64,000 bases of DNA, from NCBI GenBank assembly GCA_038244685.1, contig JBBRTD010000001.1, forward strand, positions 166,392 through 230,391. Direction: 5' to 3'. Position numbers and translations under genes: made by a program. Every line of letters begins with the position of its first letter. Within the stretch, counting starts at the first letter, position 1. Positions 19,592-29,262 of this stretch are shown here, one piece after another. The notes below the pieces were generated by a model. That model had not been told where the DNA came from. It was given only the letters and a program-made list of their open reading frames with translations, and made no database searches. Origin of the DNA: Minisyncoccia bacterium. GTDB taxonomy: Bacteria; Patescibacteriota; Minisyncoccia; Phycocordibacterales; UBA9973.

Positions 19592-20602
19592 ATGAATAAA
19601 TACACATTACATGTTTCGGGAACACATTGTGCCTCATGCAAAATCTTAATCGAAGATATTTTAAATGAACAAGATTTTATTGAAAAAGTACGAGTAAATT
19701 TAAAGAATGAAACAGTGGAATTAGAAGTAAAAAACGAAATCAATACCGAGGAAATTATAGATATTCTAAATAATAAATTAGAAGCAAACGGTTACACTCT
19801 TTCTATTGAAAAAATAATTCCTGATAAAAAAAGTAATGACATCCTTTGGAAAGCAATTCCTATTGGATTGGTATTTCTTGTGTTATTTTTCCTTCTACAA
19901 AAATCTGGAATTTTAAATCTTGGTATTGGTGGTGAAACAACACCAACTACAAGCTTCATCATAGGTATTATCGCCTCACTATCTAGTTGTCTTGCTATTG
20001 TTGGAGGATTGGTACTTTCATTATCCGCAAAAATAACACAAGACAATAATGGGTCAACAAAAAAACCTTTTATCCTTTTCCATATAGGAAGATTATTTGG
20101 TTTTGCTATTTTAGGTGGAATTCTTGGATTGATTGGAAAAGCTATCGGTATAAACTTTATATTTTCAGCGATCCTTGGATTAATTGCCTCGTCTGTCATG
20201 ATACTGCTTGGTCTTAATCTACTTGGAATATTTACCAAAAGCAAAATAACCCTACCAAGCAATATATTTTCATTCTTCAGAAAGGCTGAGCATGCCATTT
20301 GGGCTCCATTATTAATTGGGATAGGTACTTTCTTTTTACCTTGTGGATTTACGCAATCAATGCAAATTGCAGCTCTTTCAAGTGGAACATTTGCTTCAGG
20401 ATTTCTTATAATGTTTTCATTTGCGCTTGGAACCCTACCCGTACTTGCATTGCTTTCTTTTGGTTCAGTCTCTTTTGCACAATCAAAATACGCTCCTTTA
20501 TTCTTCAAATCTGCTGGGGTAGTTGTGTTTGGTCTGGGCTTATTCGCTCTTCTCTCGGGGCTTGCAGGGGTCGGTATTATTAATCCTTTATTTAATTTAT
20601 AA
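19592..20602 (+). CDS. HMA domain plus DsbD_2/TauE-like membrane protein
   Basis: GTHCASC, SSCLAIVGG, FHIGR, FLPCGF, FALGT. Confidence 0.88.
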   Translation: MNKYTLHVSGTHCASCKILIEDILNEQDFIEKVRVNLKNETVELEVKNEINTEEIIDILNNKLEANGYTLSIEKIIPDKKSNDILWKAIPIGLVFLVLFFLLQKSGILNLGIGGETTPTTSFIIGIIASLSSCLAIVGGLVLSLSAKITQDNNGSTKKPFILFHIGRLFGFAILGGILGLIGKAIGINFIFSAILGLIASSVMILLGLNLLGIFTKSKITLPSNIFSFFRKAEHAIWAPLLIGIGTFFLPCGFTQSMQIAALSSGTFASGFLIMFSFALGTLPVLALLSFGSVSFAQSKYAPLFFKSAGVVVFGLGLFALLSGLAGVGIINPLFNL

Positions 20603-20606
20603 AAAT

Positions 20607-21017
20607 ATGAACAAAACAGCTTTAATCGTCATTACTGTTGGACTTGTTATTGGTCTTGGTATTATTTTTCTTGGAGGACCTAAGGCAAACAATAACACTA
20701 GAACAAATAATTCACCTGTAAGTTCAATACAAAATACTGAAATAAAAGATGGCATACAATACATTACTATTAATGTTAAGGGCGGATATTCTCCAAAAAT
20801 TTCAATAGCAAAAGCAGGAATTCCAACAAAACTAATCATGAAAACAAATGGATCATATGACTGCTCTCTTTCTCTTGTCATAAGATCAATCGGCTTTCAG
20901 AAAATTCTACAAAAAACCGGAGAGGAAATTATTGATATCGGCACCCCCAAAGCGGGAGTTCCACTTAAGGGTATTTGTGGTATGGGAATGTACTCATTTG
21001 AAATTCAATTCCAATAA
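20607..21017 (+). CDS. Cupredoxin-domain membrane-anchored protein
   Basis: GGYSP..C..CGMGMY. Start moved to MNKTAL. Confidence 0.88.
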   Translation: MNKTALIVITVGLVIGLGIIFLGGPKANNNTRTNNSPVSSIQNTEIKDGIQYITINVKGGYSPKISIAKAGIPTKLIMKTNGSYDCSLSLVIRSIGFQKILQKTGEEIIDIGTPKAGVPLKGICGMGMYSFEIQFQ

Positions 21018-21035
21018 AGACTAAACTCAATAAAT

Positions 21036-21075
21036 AAAAAAGGTTGGACATCTCATTCGAGTCCAACCTTTTTTA
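21036..21075. terminator. Bidirectional terminator
   Basis: AAAAAAGGTTGGAC..GTCCAACCTTTTTT. Confidence 0.8.
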
Positions 21076-21089
21076 TCTTGCTTTATTAA

Positions 21090-21983
21090 TTAGTCATCAT
21101 CTCCACCTCTAGTAGTAGGAGCTATAACTGAATTTGTTTGAGTAACGGCTTGCTGACCAATACTTTGATTTACATTTCCTATAAAATAAGCAGCTAGCAT
21201 ACCAGTCGCATTTGATGAATGATTTTTGCCACCAGCAGTGCTTGTCGCATTCGGATCTTTCGTCATATAGGCATCAGTTGCATCAGTTCCGCAAGTGGCA
21301 GCCATAACGCCATTACCTCCTGGATGTGAACCGAAGAAACTTGTAATATTATAAACCTTACCACTAATGAGAAGGAAGCAATCTGATGATTTATTATGTT
21401 TGGCAATTTCGGTCATATTTAAAACAATGTTCCCCGTCGGAACAACAACTGGAATCTTTACAGTAGAAGTATTTTTGACAGATGTTTTTGATGTTGAAGT
21501 TTGATCAGCAACAGAATTAACATTATTACTTGTAGACCCTATAGTTTGATTGAGGGTCCCTAGATAATATGCATCTAGCATACTCTTCGCATTTGATGAA
21601 TGATCCTGTCCGCCGGCTGTGCTTGTTGCATTTGGATCTTTGGTGGCATAAGCATCAGTTGCATCAGTTCCACAAGTGGCAGCCATAACGCCATTACCTC
21701 CTGGGTGTGAACCGAAGAAACTTGTAATATTATAAACCTTACCACTAATGAGAAGGAAACAATCAGATGACTTATTATGTTTAGCTATTTCGGTCATATT
21801 TAAGGTTAAAGTTCCCCCTGATGGATTAACAGCCAAAATAGTATCTTTAACTAAATTAGAAGCCGAAGCATTCGAAGCAGATTGATTGTTCTTATTATTC
21901 TGATAAAAAACTAATCCGGCAGTAAGAATAGCGGTTAGAATTACTCCAAATATAAACAATGATACAGTTGCTAATTTTTTCAT
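21090..21983 (-). CDS. Membrane-anchored tandem cytochrome b5-like heme protein
   Basis: Two copies of EIAKHNKSSDC..GKVYNIT..HPGG..CGTDAT..HS after an N-terminal TM. Confidence 0.9.
   Translation of the reverse strand: MKKLATVSLFIFGVILTAILTAGLVFYQNNKNNQSASNASASNLVKDTILAVNPSGGTLTLNMTEIAKHNKSSDCFLLISGKVYNITSFFGSHPGGNGVMAATCGTDATDAYATKDPNATSTAGGQDHSSNAKSMLDAYYLGTLNQTIGSTSNNVNSVADQTSTSKTSVKNTSTVKIPVVVPTGNIVLNMTEIAKHNKSSDCFLLISGKVYNITSFFGSHPGGNGVMAATCGTDATDAYMTKDPNATSTAGGKNHSSNATGMLAAYFIGNVNQSIGQQAVTQTNSVIAPTTRGGDDD
21207..21803 (-). repeat. Intragenic ~216-bp direct repeat (21207-21422 / 21588-21803)
   Basis: Near-identical DNA encoding the two b5 domains. Confidence 0.9.
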
Positions 21984-21987
21984 ATAA

Positions 21988-23259
21988 TTAATTGAAGCTA
22001 AAATCTTCATAATGAATTTTTTTAATATCGACACCTAATGATAAAAACTGATTTTTCAAACTTTCCATAAGCATTGGAGGTCCGCAAAAGAATATCTCTT
22101 TATCCACCAAGCCATTACTTAATCCTGAAACTAGCCCAGCATTTATATAACCTCTTTCATTGGCATTCCATAAATTAAATTTGAAGTTGGAATTATTTAC
22201 TGATGTGGTTTGTAATTCATTAAGATAAACTGCTTCTTCTTGTGACTTTACAGAGTAATAAAAATCAACCCTGTATTCATCTTCTAAGCTTTGAACCATA
22301 CTATAAAATGGAGTAATACCAATTCCACCTGCAATCCAAATTTGATTTTTACGAGAAACATTTTTATACGAAAAATTACCATAAGGACCATCAACTAAAA
22401 CTTCATCGCCTTGTTTTAAATTACTTAGTCTACTTGTGTAATCACCAAGATTTTTAACTGTAATTTTTAAATTATTATCAAGGTTAGATGATGATAAAGA
22501 AAAAGGATGTGATTCAGATGAAACATTGTTACTTTTAAAACTAAAGAAAGCAAACTGGCCAGGAGTAAATTTCATACTCTTTACAACAGGTTCCATTTCA
22601 ACTTCTAAAATATCTAAATTTAACTGACGAAGATTTTTAACTTTATACATTAATTTCTTAACAACAAATTTACTCAAGAATGCTTGGCGAATACTTACAA
22701 CTAAGCCGATAAAAGCAAGTAAAAATATATAGGAGCTTAATAAATGATTCCTTGAAATATCACTAGAGATAGTAAGAGTATGAATAACCCCAAAAAAGAA
22801 AGCTATTACCATGAATTTATGTGAGAATTTCCAAATATTATATTTTAATTTAATATAGAAAGTAAAACTGATTAAAATAATCATTAAAAGCAAAGAAAGA
22901 ATACCCCAAGTAATAGGTGTATCAGTGAAAGGAACAAAAAACATAGCAGCTTGTTTAGTGGAAATAACCAAATATTTAACAACAAGGAAAAGTGGGTGGA
23001 ATAAAAGCATTGAGAAAGATATAGCTCCTACCCTGCCATGATTAGCATAGACCTTATCTAAACCATTAAAATATTTATCCAAAAATTTAAATTTGCCAGC
23101 TAAAATAAGATTAATAGAAAATAGGGTCATACCAACTAAACCAAGAATCTGCCCTATGCTAGTTGTTATAGAATTTAAATCTGCAAATCTCGGAACGATT
23201 GGGGTCATAAAACTCCAGATAATAATTGGTATAATCGATAAAATATAGATAATATTCAT
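21988..23259 (-). CDS. Ferric reductase-like transmembrane flavocytochrome (FAD/NAD(P)H)
   Basis: TM His pairs, HPFSLSS, GDYT, DGPYG, IAGGIGITPF, FFCGP, EDF. Confidence 0.92.
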   Translation of the reverse strand: MNIIYILSIIPIIIWSFMTPIVPRFADLNSITTSIGQILGLVGMTLFSINLILAGKFKFLDKYFNGLDKVYANHGRVGAISFSMLLFHPLFLVVKYLVISTKQAAMFFVPFTDTPITWGILSLLLMIILISFTFYIKLKYNIWKFSHKFMVIAFFFGVIHTLTISSDISRNHLLSSYIFLLAFIGLVVSIRQAFLSKFVVKKLMYKVKNLRQLNLDILEVEMEPVVKSMKFTPGQFAFFSFKSNNVSSESHPFSLSSSNLDNNLKITVKNLGDYTSRLSNLKQGDEVLVDGPYGNFSYKNVSRKNQIWIAGGIGITPFYSMVQSLEDEYRVDFYYSVKSQEEAVYLNELQTTSVNNSNFKFNLWNANERGYINAGLVSGLSNGLVDKEIFFCGPPMLMESLKNQFLSLGVDIKKIHYEDFSFN

Positions 23260-23341
23260 ATGTGTATATCATAACACAAAATCTCCTTCTTATTTAGAGA
23301 TAAATATTCCATCCTTTTTAATTAACTGTTATTATATATAG

Positions 23342-24769
23342 ATGGAAAACAAACCAAAACTTACAGTCTCTGGATATAGAGGTATATGGGGAGAAAGTTT
23401 AACTCCCGATATTATTGAAAGCTATACTAGAGCATTTATTAAATTTGTAAAAGAAAATATAAATAATAACCCGACAATATTAATTGGCCGAGACGGAAGA
23501 GAAAGCGGACCTCAAATAAAAAAAGTAATTATTGAAATTTTTAACAAGGAAAATATTTCTTTTGTCGATGGCGATATCCTACCTACCCCGACTGTTCTCT
23601 TCGCAGTAAAGAAACATGGTTATGATAGCGCCATAATAATAACAGCCAGTCATAATCCAAGAGAATATAATGGTCTTAAATTTGTAACAAACAAAGCGCT
23701 TTTCACAAACGAAGAGGAAGTAGAAAAAATTAAAGAAAAATTAGACCGAGAGCTTATTGTTTTAGGAAGCCTTGCGCAGGCTGGCGAGCAGAGCAGAGAA
23801 ATTTTCCAGCAGGAAAATATTCGTGCTGACGAAAACAATGAGCCGAGGAATAATTTTAGTTATTCATCTTTTCCTCAAGAACACGCCGATCAAATTCTCA
23901 AAAACATAAACGTAGAAAAAATTCGTGCAAAAAAGTGGAAAGTGGCCGTTGATATGATAAATGCTTCAGCTTGTGTTCTTGACCCGTATTTATTTGAAAA
24001 GCTAGGAGTAGAGCTTGTTCCACTAAATAATATTCCTGATGGAAATTTCGGCCATAAGCCAGAACCTCTAAGAGAAAACCTGGGAGATATAGCTAATTTG
24101 GTAATAGAAAATAAGTGTAATATAGGTTTTGCTCATGACCCAGATGCAGATAGGCTTGTAGTTATAAATGAAGAAGGTATTGTGATTTCCGAAGAATATA
24201 CTTTGGCCTTAGGAGTAGAGGCTATAATGTCAAAAAAGGAGAATCAGGGTCAGAATGTAGTTGTAAATATGTCGACCTCTCAGATGAATAAAGACATAGC
24301 AGAAAAATATAGCGGTTCTTGTATTAGAACAAAAGTTGGAGAAGCAAATGTTGTCGCAGGAATAGAAAATAATAAAGCAGTAATTGGAGGTGAAGGAGGC
24401 GGAGGAATAATATACCCTACTATCAATATGGCTAGAGATAGTTTTGTTAGCTTGGCCTTAATTTTAGAATTATTGTCAGAAAGAAATCAAACCATAAGTG
24501 AGTGCGTTAAAACATTACCCAAATATGAAGTTAGAAAAGATAAAATGCCAATTGCGGTTGATTTAAATAATATGTATTCCAAAATGAAAAATAATTTTGA
24601 AGATGGAGAAGTAAACGAACTTGATGGGTTAAGACTAGACTTTAAAGACAGTTCCTGGATTCATTTAAGACCTTCGAATACTGAACCAATCATAAGACTC
24701 ATCGGTGAAGCTAAAACCAAAGAAAGAATTGAAGCGCTTTTTGAAGAAACCAAAAGAGTAATTTCCTAG
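23342..24769 (+). CDS. Phosphomannomutase/phosphoglucosamine mutase family
   Basis: SGYRG, TASHNP, DPDADR, GGE, RPSNTEP. Contains a palindromic insertion at ~23752-23843. Confidence 0.93.
   Translation: MENKPKLTVSGYRGIWGESLTPDIIESYTRAFIKFVKENINNNPTILIGRDGRESGPQIKKVIIEIFNKENISFVDGDILPTPTVLFAVKKHGYDSAIIITASHNPREYNGLKFVTNKALFTNEEEVEKIKEKLDRELIVLGSLAQAGEQSREIFQQENIRADENNEPRNNFSYSSFPQEHADQILKNINVEKIRAKKWKVAVDMINASACVLDPYLFEKLGVELVPLNNIPDGNFGHKPEPLRENLGDIANLVIENKCNIGFAHDPDADRLVVINEEGIVISEEYTLALGVEAIMSKKENQGQNVVVNMSTSQMNKDIAEKYSGSCIRTKVGEANVVAGIENNKAVIGGEGGGGIIYPTINMARDSFVSLALILELLSERNQTISECVKTLPKYEVRKDKMPIAVDLNNMYSKMKNNFEDGEVNELDGLRLDFKDSSWIHLRPSNTEPIIRLIGEAKTKERIEALFEETKRVIS
23752..23843. repeat. 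Palindromic element inside the mutase CDS
   Basis: Flanked by GCTTATTGTTTT / AAAACAATGAGC. Core resembles 28196-28244. Confidence 0.7.
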
Positions 24770-25548
24770 CTTTCTAAAAAATATCCCCCGACTTTTGTGC
24801 GAACAATTTTAAGAGCAAGAGCAGGTACTTTGAGCTTCTCCCCTATTTCATGAGCAAGACCTCTCACATAGACACCGCTACCACAAGAAATTTTTAATTT
24901 AACAAAAGGATATAGTTCTTTTGTACTGTCTTTTAAATTTTCTCTCCATATTGATATAATTTCTTTTTGCCTAAAGTCCCCAGTAACTTTTAATATCTTT
25001 TCTTGAATATCAGAAAAAAGCAGACCCCCTTCTATAAAACCCTGACCAAGAATCTCAATACTTTCAACAAAAACGTCATGGGTGGGTATTTCTATTTCGT
25101 TTAATTTTCCATCACGAGCCCATTTAAAAAGTGGTTGGCCTTTAACAGTCCGAGAAGAATACACTGGGTATTTTTGTTTTATGCGTCCGATAAATTGAGA
25201 AAGAATCTCTTTAGTTTCCAAAACCAGAGATTCAGGCAATGGTAGAGGTCCCTGGTGTCCAATGTCTTGGTATTCTGATTTTACTTTCCCCATTACATCG
25301 TAGGTATCAGTCGCGAATCCAAATAAAACATCAACCTCATATTCTTTTGGTAAATTTAAATACTCATCCTTTTTCATACACTCATCTCCAGTCAAAATAA
25401 GCAATACTCCTTCGGCAAGAGGATCAAGCCTTCCTGCATAAGTCATAGGCAAAAATCTTAGCTCCTCATTGTCTTTTTTAAGAGTATTTATACAATGAAG
25501 GGGTGTTTCCCCGCATTTTTTGTATACTTTAATAACTTTATCTGGCAT
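24766..25548 (-). CDS. truB: tRNA pseudouridine synthase B-like
   Basis: YAGRLDPLAEGVL, KEY, TDTYD, CGSGVYVR. Confidence 0.88.
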   Translation of the reverse strand: MPDKVIKVYKKCGETPLHCINTLKKDNEELRFLPMTYAGRLDPLAEGVLLILTGDECMKKDEYLNLPKEYEVDVLFGFATDTYDVMGKVKSEYQDIGHQGPLPLPESLVLETKEILSQFIGRIKQKYPVYSSRTVKGQPLFKWARDGKLNEIEIPTHDVFVESIEILGQGFIEGGLLFSDIQEKILKVTGDFRQKEIISIWRENLKDSTKELYPFVKLKISCGSGVYVRGLAHEIGEKLKVPALALKIVRTKVGGYFLES

Positions 25549-25598
25549 ATTGCCATAGTAACATAGATATGCTAGTATTGTGCTTAGGTAGGTAATCT

Positions 25599-26129
25599 AT
25601 TTTATTTCTATCGGACACAAAATTGAGAGAAAGAATAAACAATCAAATAAGGGCGAGTGAGGTTCGCGTAATCTCAAACGAAGGGGTCAACCTTGGCGTT
25701 TTGAGTTTTAAAGATGCTTTCGCACTAGCTAATAAAGATGGTTTCGATTTGATTGAAATTTCTCCAAATACTAATCCCCCAATAGTTAAAATAGCAAATT
25801 TTGGTAAGTATCAATACGAACAAAATAAGAAGCAGAAAAAGGCTAAAGCAGGAGCTAAAACAACAGAAACCAAAGCAATTCAGATAAAGATAGGTACTGG
25901 TGAAAATGATCTTGCCCTTAAGGCCCGTAAAGCTTCTCTATGGCTTAAGGAAGGCCATCGTATCAAAGTAGAGCTTTTCCTTTCAGGACGCTCTAAATAT
26001 ATGGCAGATGCTTTCTTAAAAGAAAGACTCGACCGAATACTTCACCTTATAACCGAGAATTATAAAATAGCAGAGGACTATAGAAAAGGTCCTAAAGGTC
26101 CAACCATTACAATTGAGAAAGAAAAGTAA
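25599..26129 (+). CDS. infC: Translation initiation factor IF-3 (non-AUG start, ATT 25599 or TTG 25623)
   Basis: INNQIRASEVRVI, DLIEISP, GKYQYE. No N-terminal ATG. Confidence 0.93.
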   Translation: MLFLSDTKLRERINNQIRASEVRVISNEGVNLGVLSFKDAFALANKDGFDLIEISPNTNPPIVKIANFGKYQYEQNKKQKKAKAGAKTTETKAIQIKIGTGENDLALKARKASLWLKEGHRIKVELFLSGRSKYMADAFLKERLDRILHLITENYKIAEDYRKGPKGPTITIEKEK

Positions 26130-26137
26130 ATAATTTT

Positions 26138-26329
26138 ATGAGTATAAAAACAAATAAATCATTAACAAAGCGTTTAAAAATTACAAAAAATGGTAAGATC
26201 TTATCTCGTGCTCCTGGTTTTAACCATTTCAATGCAAAACAATCTCGTACAAAGCAGCTAGCCGGTCGTAAAATGAAAGATCAAGCATTTACAAACAAAA
26301 TAATAAGAACATATTTACCAAACGCGTAA
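26138..26329 (+). CDS. rpmI: 50S ribosomal protein L35
   Basis: KTNKSLTKRLKITKNGK. Position between infC and rplT. Confidence 0.93.
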   Translation: MSIKTNKSLTKRLKITKNGKILSRAPGFNHFNAKQSRTKQLAGRKMKDQAFTNKIIRTYLPNA

Positions 26330-26370
26330 ATTGAACTTAATTATAGGTTAATAATCACTAATTTAAATAT

Positions 26371-26712
26371 ATGACAAGAGTTAAAAGAGGAGTAATAAAA
26401 AATAAACACAGAAAGAATATCTTAGCCCAGACTAAGGGTTTCCGTTTCGGCCGCAGTACAAAGAAGTCTCAAGCTAAAGAAGCCTTGAAACATGCCGGAG
26501 CTTACTCATTTGCCCACCGTAAAGATAAGAAAGCTGATGCAAGAAGTCTTTGGACTACACGTATCAATGCTGCCATTAGACCATTTGAATTATCTTACAG
26601 TAAATTTATAAACGGATTAAAGCTAAAGAATATCATTATAGACCGTAAAATTCTTTCCGAAATAGCCCAAAAGAATCCTGAGACATTCGCAAGAATAGCT
26701 AAAAGTATCTAA
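26371..26712 (+). CDS. rplT: 50S ribosomal protein L20
   Basis: MTRVKRG, LWTTRINAA, SYSKFI, DRKILSEIA. Confidence 0.97.
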   Translation: MTRVKRGVIKNKHRKNILAQTKGFRFGRSTKKSQAKEALKHAGAYSFAHRKDKKADARSLWTTRINAAIRPFELSYSKFINGLKLKNIIIDRKILSEIAQKNPETFARIAKSI

Positions 26713-26745
26713 TAAAAATAAAACTCCCTTAAGGGAGTTTTATTT

Positions 26746-28116
26746 TTAACAATCTAGAATTATTTGTTCGCCCGAAAGTGGAGTAAGTGCTTCTACGTCC
26801 AGATTGTCTCTTAACTTCTGAGCTAGGAACATTGAGGCTCTAGGCTCCCCCATTAATAAAAAGACCTTCTTAACTGTTTTAGCGGTATCACTAACAAATT
26901 CTACCAAGTGATCTGAGTCTTTATGTCCTGAATATCCACTTATCATTTCAATATGAGCCTTTACATGTATATCTTCACCTTGGATGTGAAGTTTTTTTGT
27001 TCCGTTCTGAATAGAACGTCCAAGGGTACCAACTGACTGATATCCGATAAGCAAAATGGTGTTATTCGCATAAGGTAGATAATTTTTCTCATGATGAAGA
27101 ATACGTCCGCCGTTAGACATTCCACTTCCAGCCATAATTATCTTCGGGTTGGGAACATTTAAGATAGCTTTGGATTCTTCTGTCTCTGGCGTCATTTTAA
27201 GACCTATAAAATCAAAAATATCATCCCCTGCCTTTATTATTCTTAGAGCTGTTGGATTAAAGTATTTCTCATATTTACGATAGACGGCGGTTAATTTAAT
27301 AGCCAAGGGAGAGTCTAAAAATATTGGCATTCGAGGAATAATATTCCCTTCTATTAATGAGTCTATTTCATAAAGTAATTCCTGAGTACGCTCTAAAGAA
27401 AAAGTCGGTATTATAAGAGTTCCCTTTCTGTCGTAATTCTCTTTTATAATTTCTTCAAGTTTTTTCTTACGAACATCACGGTCTTCATGATTTCTATCTC
27501 CATAAACCGATTCCATAAATAAGTAATCTACATCTGTAATCTTTTCTGTGTCACGCAAAAGTGGTGAAGGAGAATTCCCGAGGTCGCCAGTAAAAATAAT
27601 TTTCTTACCATTATATATAATTTCAAGCATTCCTGATCCTAAAATATGCCCAGCGTCTTTATAAGAGAATTGAAAACCATGGTCAACATTTAATTTTTGG
27701 CCATATTCAAGTGTCTCCCATAAATTCAGAGCTTTCTTTATGTTTTCAACTGAATATATTTCAGCAAGGCCATGCTCTTCGTCGCGAGCAAGTAAATGAG
27801 CTGTATCAGCTAACATTATTTCTGTTATTTCTTTTGTAGGAATTGTGGATATAATTCGGCCGTTAAACCCTTCTGAAATAAGCTTAGGAATTCTTCCTAT
27901 GTGATCTATATGACCATGAGTAATAAAAAGAATATCGATTTGAGATGCATCATAAGGAAATTTATCCCAATTTAAATCTTCTGCTAGCTTTTCCCCTTGT
28001 ATAAGACCGCAATCTACTAAAAATTTCTTACCATTACCTTCTATTAAAAAATTGGCACCTGTAACAGTACCAGCTCCGGAACAAAAAGTTACTTTCAATT
28101 TTGTATCATTCTCCAT
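26746..28116 (-). CDS. Metallo-beta-lactamase/beta-CASP ribonuclease
   Basis: THGHIDHIG, AGHILGS, TGDLG, ESVYG, SGH. Start at MENDTK. Confidence 0.93.
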   Translation of the reverse strand: MENDTKLKVTFCSGAGTVTGANFLIEGNGKKFLVDCGLIQGEKLAEDLNWDKFPYDASQIDILFITHGHIDHIGRIPKLISEGFNGRIISTIPTKEITEIMLADTAHLLARDEEHGLAEIYSVENIKKALNLWETLEYGQKLNVDHGFQFSYKDAGHILGSGMLEIIYNGKKIIFTGDLGNSPSPLLRDTEKITDVDYLFMESVYGDRNHEDRDVRKKKLEEIIKENYDRKGTLIIPTFSLERTQELLYEIDSLIEGNIIPRMPIFLDSPLAIKLTAVYRKYEKYFNPTALRIIKAGDDIFDFIGLKMTPETEESKAILNVPNPKIIMAGSGMSNGGRILHHEKNYLPYANNTILLIGYQSVGTLGRSIQNGTKKLHIQGEDIHVKAHIEMISGYSGHKDSDHLVEFVSDTAKTVKKVFLLMGEPRASMFLAQKLRDNLDVEALTPLSGEQIILDC

Positions 28117-28164
28117 ATAATTTATTATACATGATAGACCCCAGACGTCCAACGTCTGGGGTCT

Positions 28165-28279
28165 ATAGAATTAAAATACTCCTACAAAAGAGGCGTGCGC
28201 AAGGCCGACGGGCCGAGCAATGAAAAAATTTTCAGCAGAAAATTATCTGGACCCTATTGTAGGAGTATTTTAATTCTAT
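28165..28279. repeat. Palindromic element with 23-bp perfect terminal inverted repeats
   Basis: ATAGAATTAAAATACTCCTACAA .. TTGTAGGAGTATTTTAATTCTAT enclosing a GC-rich core and AATTTTC-agca-GAAAATT. Confidence 0.8.
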
Positions 28280-28565
28280 TTATCATATAAAACAAAAAAT
28301 CCTTTCACATAAATGAAAGAATTTCTTATTAGGACTATCCGAAAGATATTACCATAGCATAACGCTAAGTGGGATTAAGAATGAAGCAGATTTGTTAACA
28401 TAATAAGTATACAGCACCGCGTCATAACTATATATCCCCTAAAAAATTGTTCTAGGTAATACAATTCAAATAACCCTACATCAAGTATACTCGTAAGAGG
28501 AATGAGTGCAAGTATTATTCTAAATAAAGCACACTTTTGACAGTATTTCAACAATAATCTTTAAT

Positions 28566-29210
28566 TTAGATTGAAAATACTTTTAATTTTTCTATATAAT
28601 CAACAATTGATTCATCGTTAATATTTTCAGGTTTAATATTCAAACCAGAAAATATTTGTTTTTCAATCAAAAACATATTTTCCATAAAGAAAGATCTCCT
28701 TTCTTCGTCAAATGAATGAGGGTGATCCTTATATCTTTCTTTGGCTTCCAAGCTTCTCTCCTCAATTGAAACAATACCAAAGGGTGTTACACGATTATCA
28801 GCATACATACAAACCTTCTGACTAAAGTCATTCTCTTTGGCTATCATTTCTACAGAACTAGAATCAATACAATAAATAAGATTGTAAATTTGTTCTGAAA
28901 CCCCAAGTTCTCGAGCAATAAGAAGACTTGCTTGGTGTTCATCATTACCATACTTAAGAATATATTCATTCTTAATACCCTGCCAGTATTCTATCCCTTC
29001 TGGTTTATTGTGTTCTGGAAAATAATTTAAATTAAACTTTATAATATTTGCCATATCGTGAAGAAGACAGGCCTTAATAATACTTTCTTTATCTATGTTT
29101 AAAGATAAATTTTCACATATCTGCATTGCAACAGCTGCAACCCGCACTTGATGCATGACTAGATTCGGCATTATTTTATATTCTTTATATATATCAATTA
29201 TGTTTTTCAT
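28566..29210 (-). CDS. HD-domain protein
   Basis: H..RV, LLHD, H, YAD.R. Confidence 0.85.
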   Translation of the reverse strand: MKNIIDIYKEYKIMPNLVMHQVRVAAVAMQICENLSLNIDKESIIKACLLHDMANIIKFNLNYFPEHNKPEGIEYWQGIKNEYILKYGNDEHQASLLIARELGVSEQIYNLIYCIDSSSVEMIAKENDFSQKVCMYADNRVTPFGIVSIEERSLEAKERYKDHPHSFDEERRSFFMENMFLIEKQIFSGLNIKPENINDESIVDYIEKLKVFSI

Positions 29211-29262
29211 TTCATTTACAAAAAGAGAAAACCCGCCTCGTGGCGGATTTCCGTCTTAAAAA

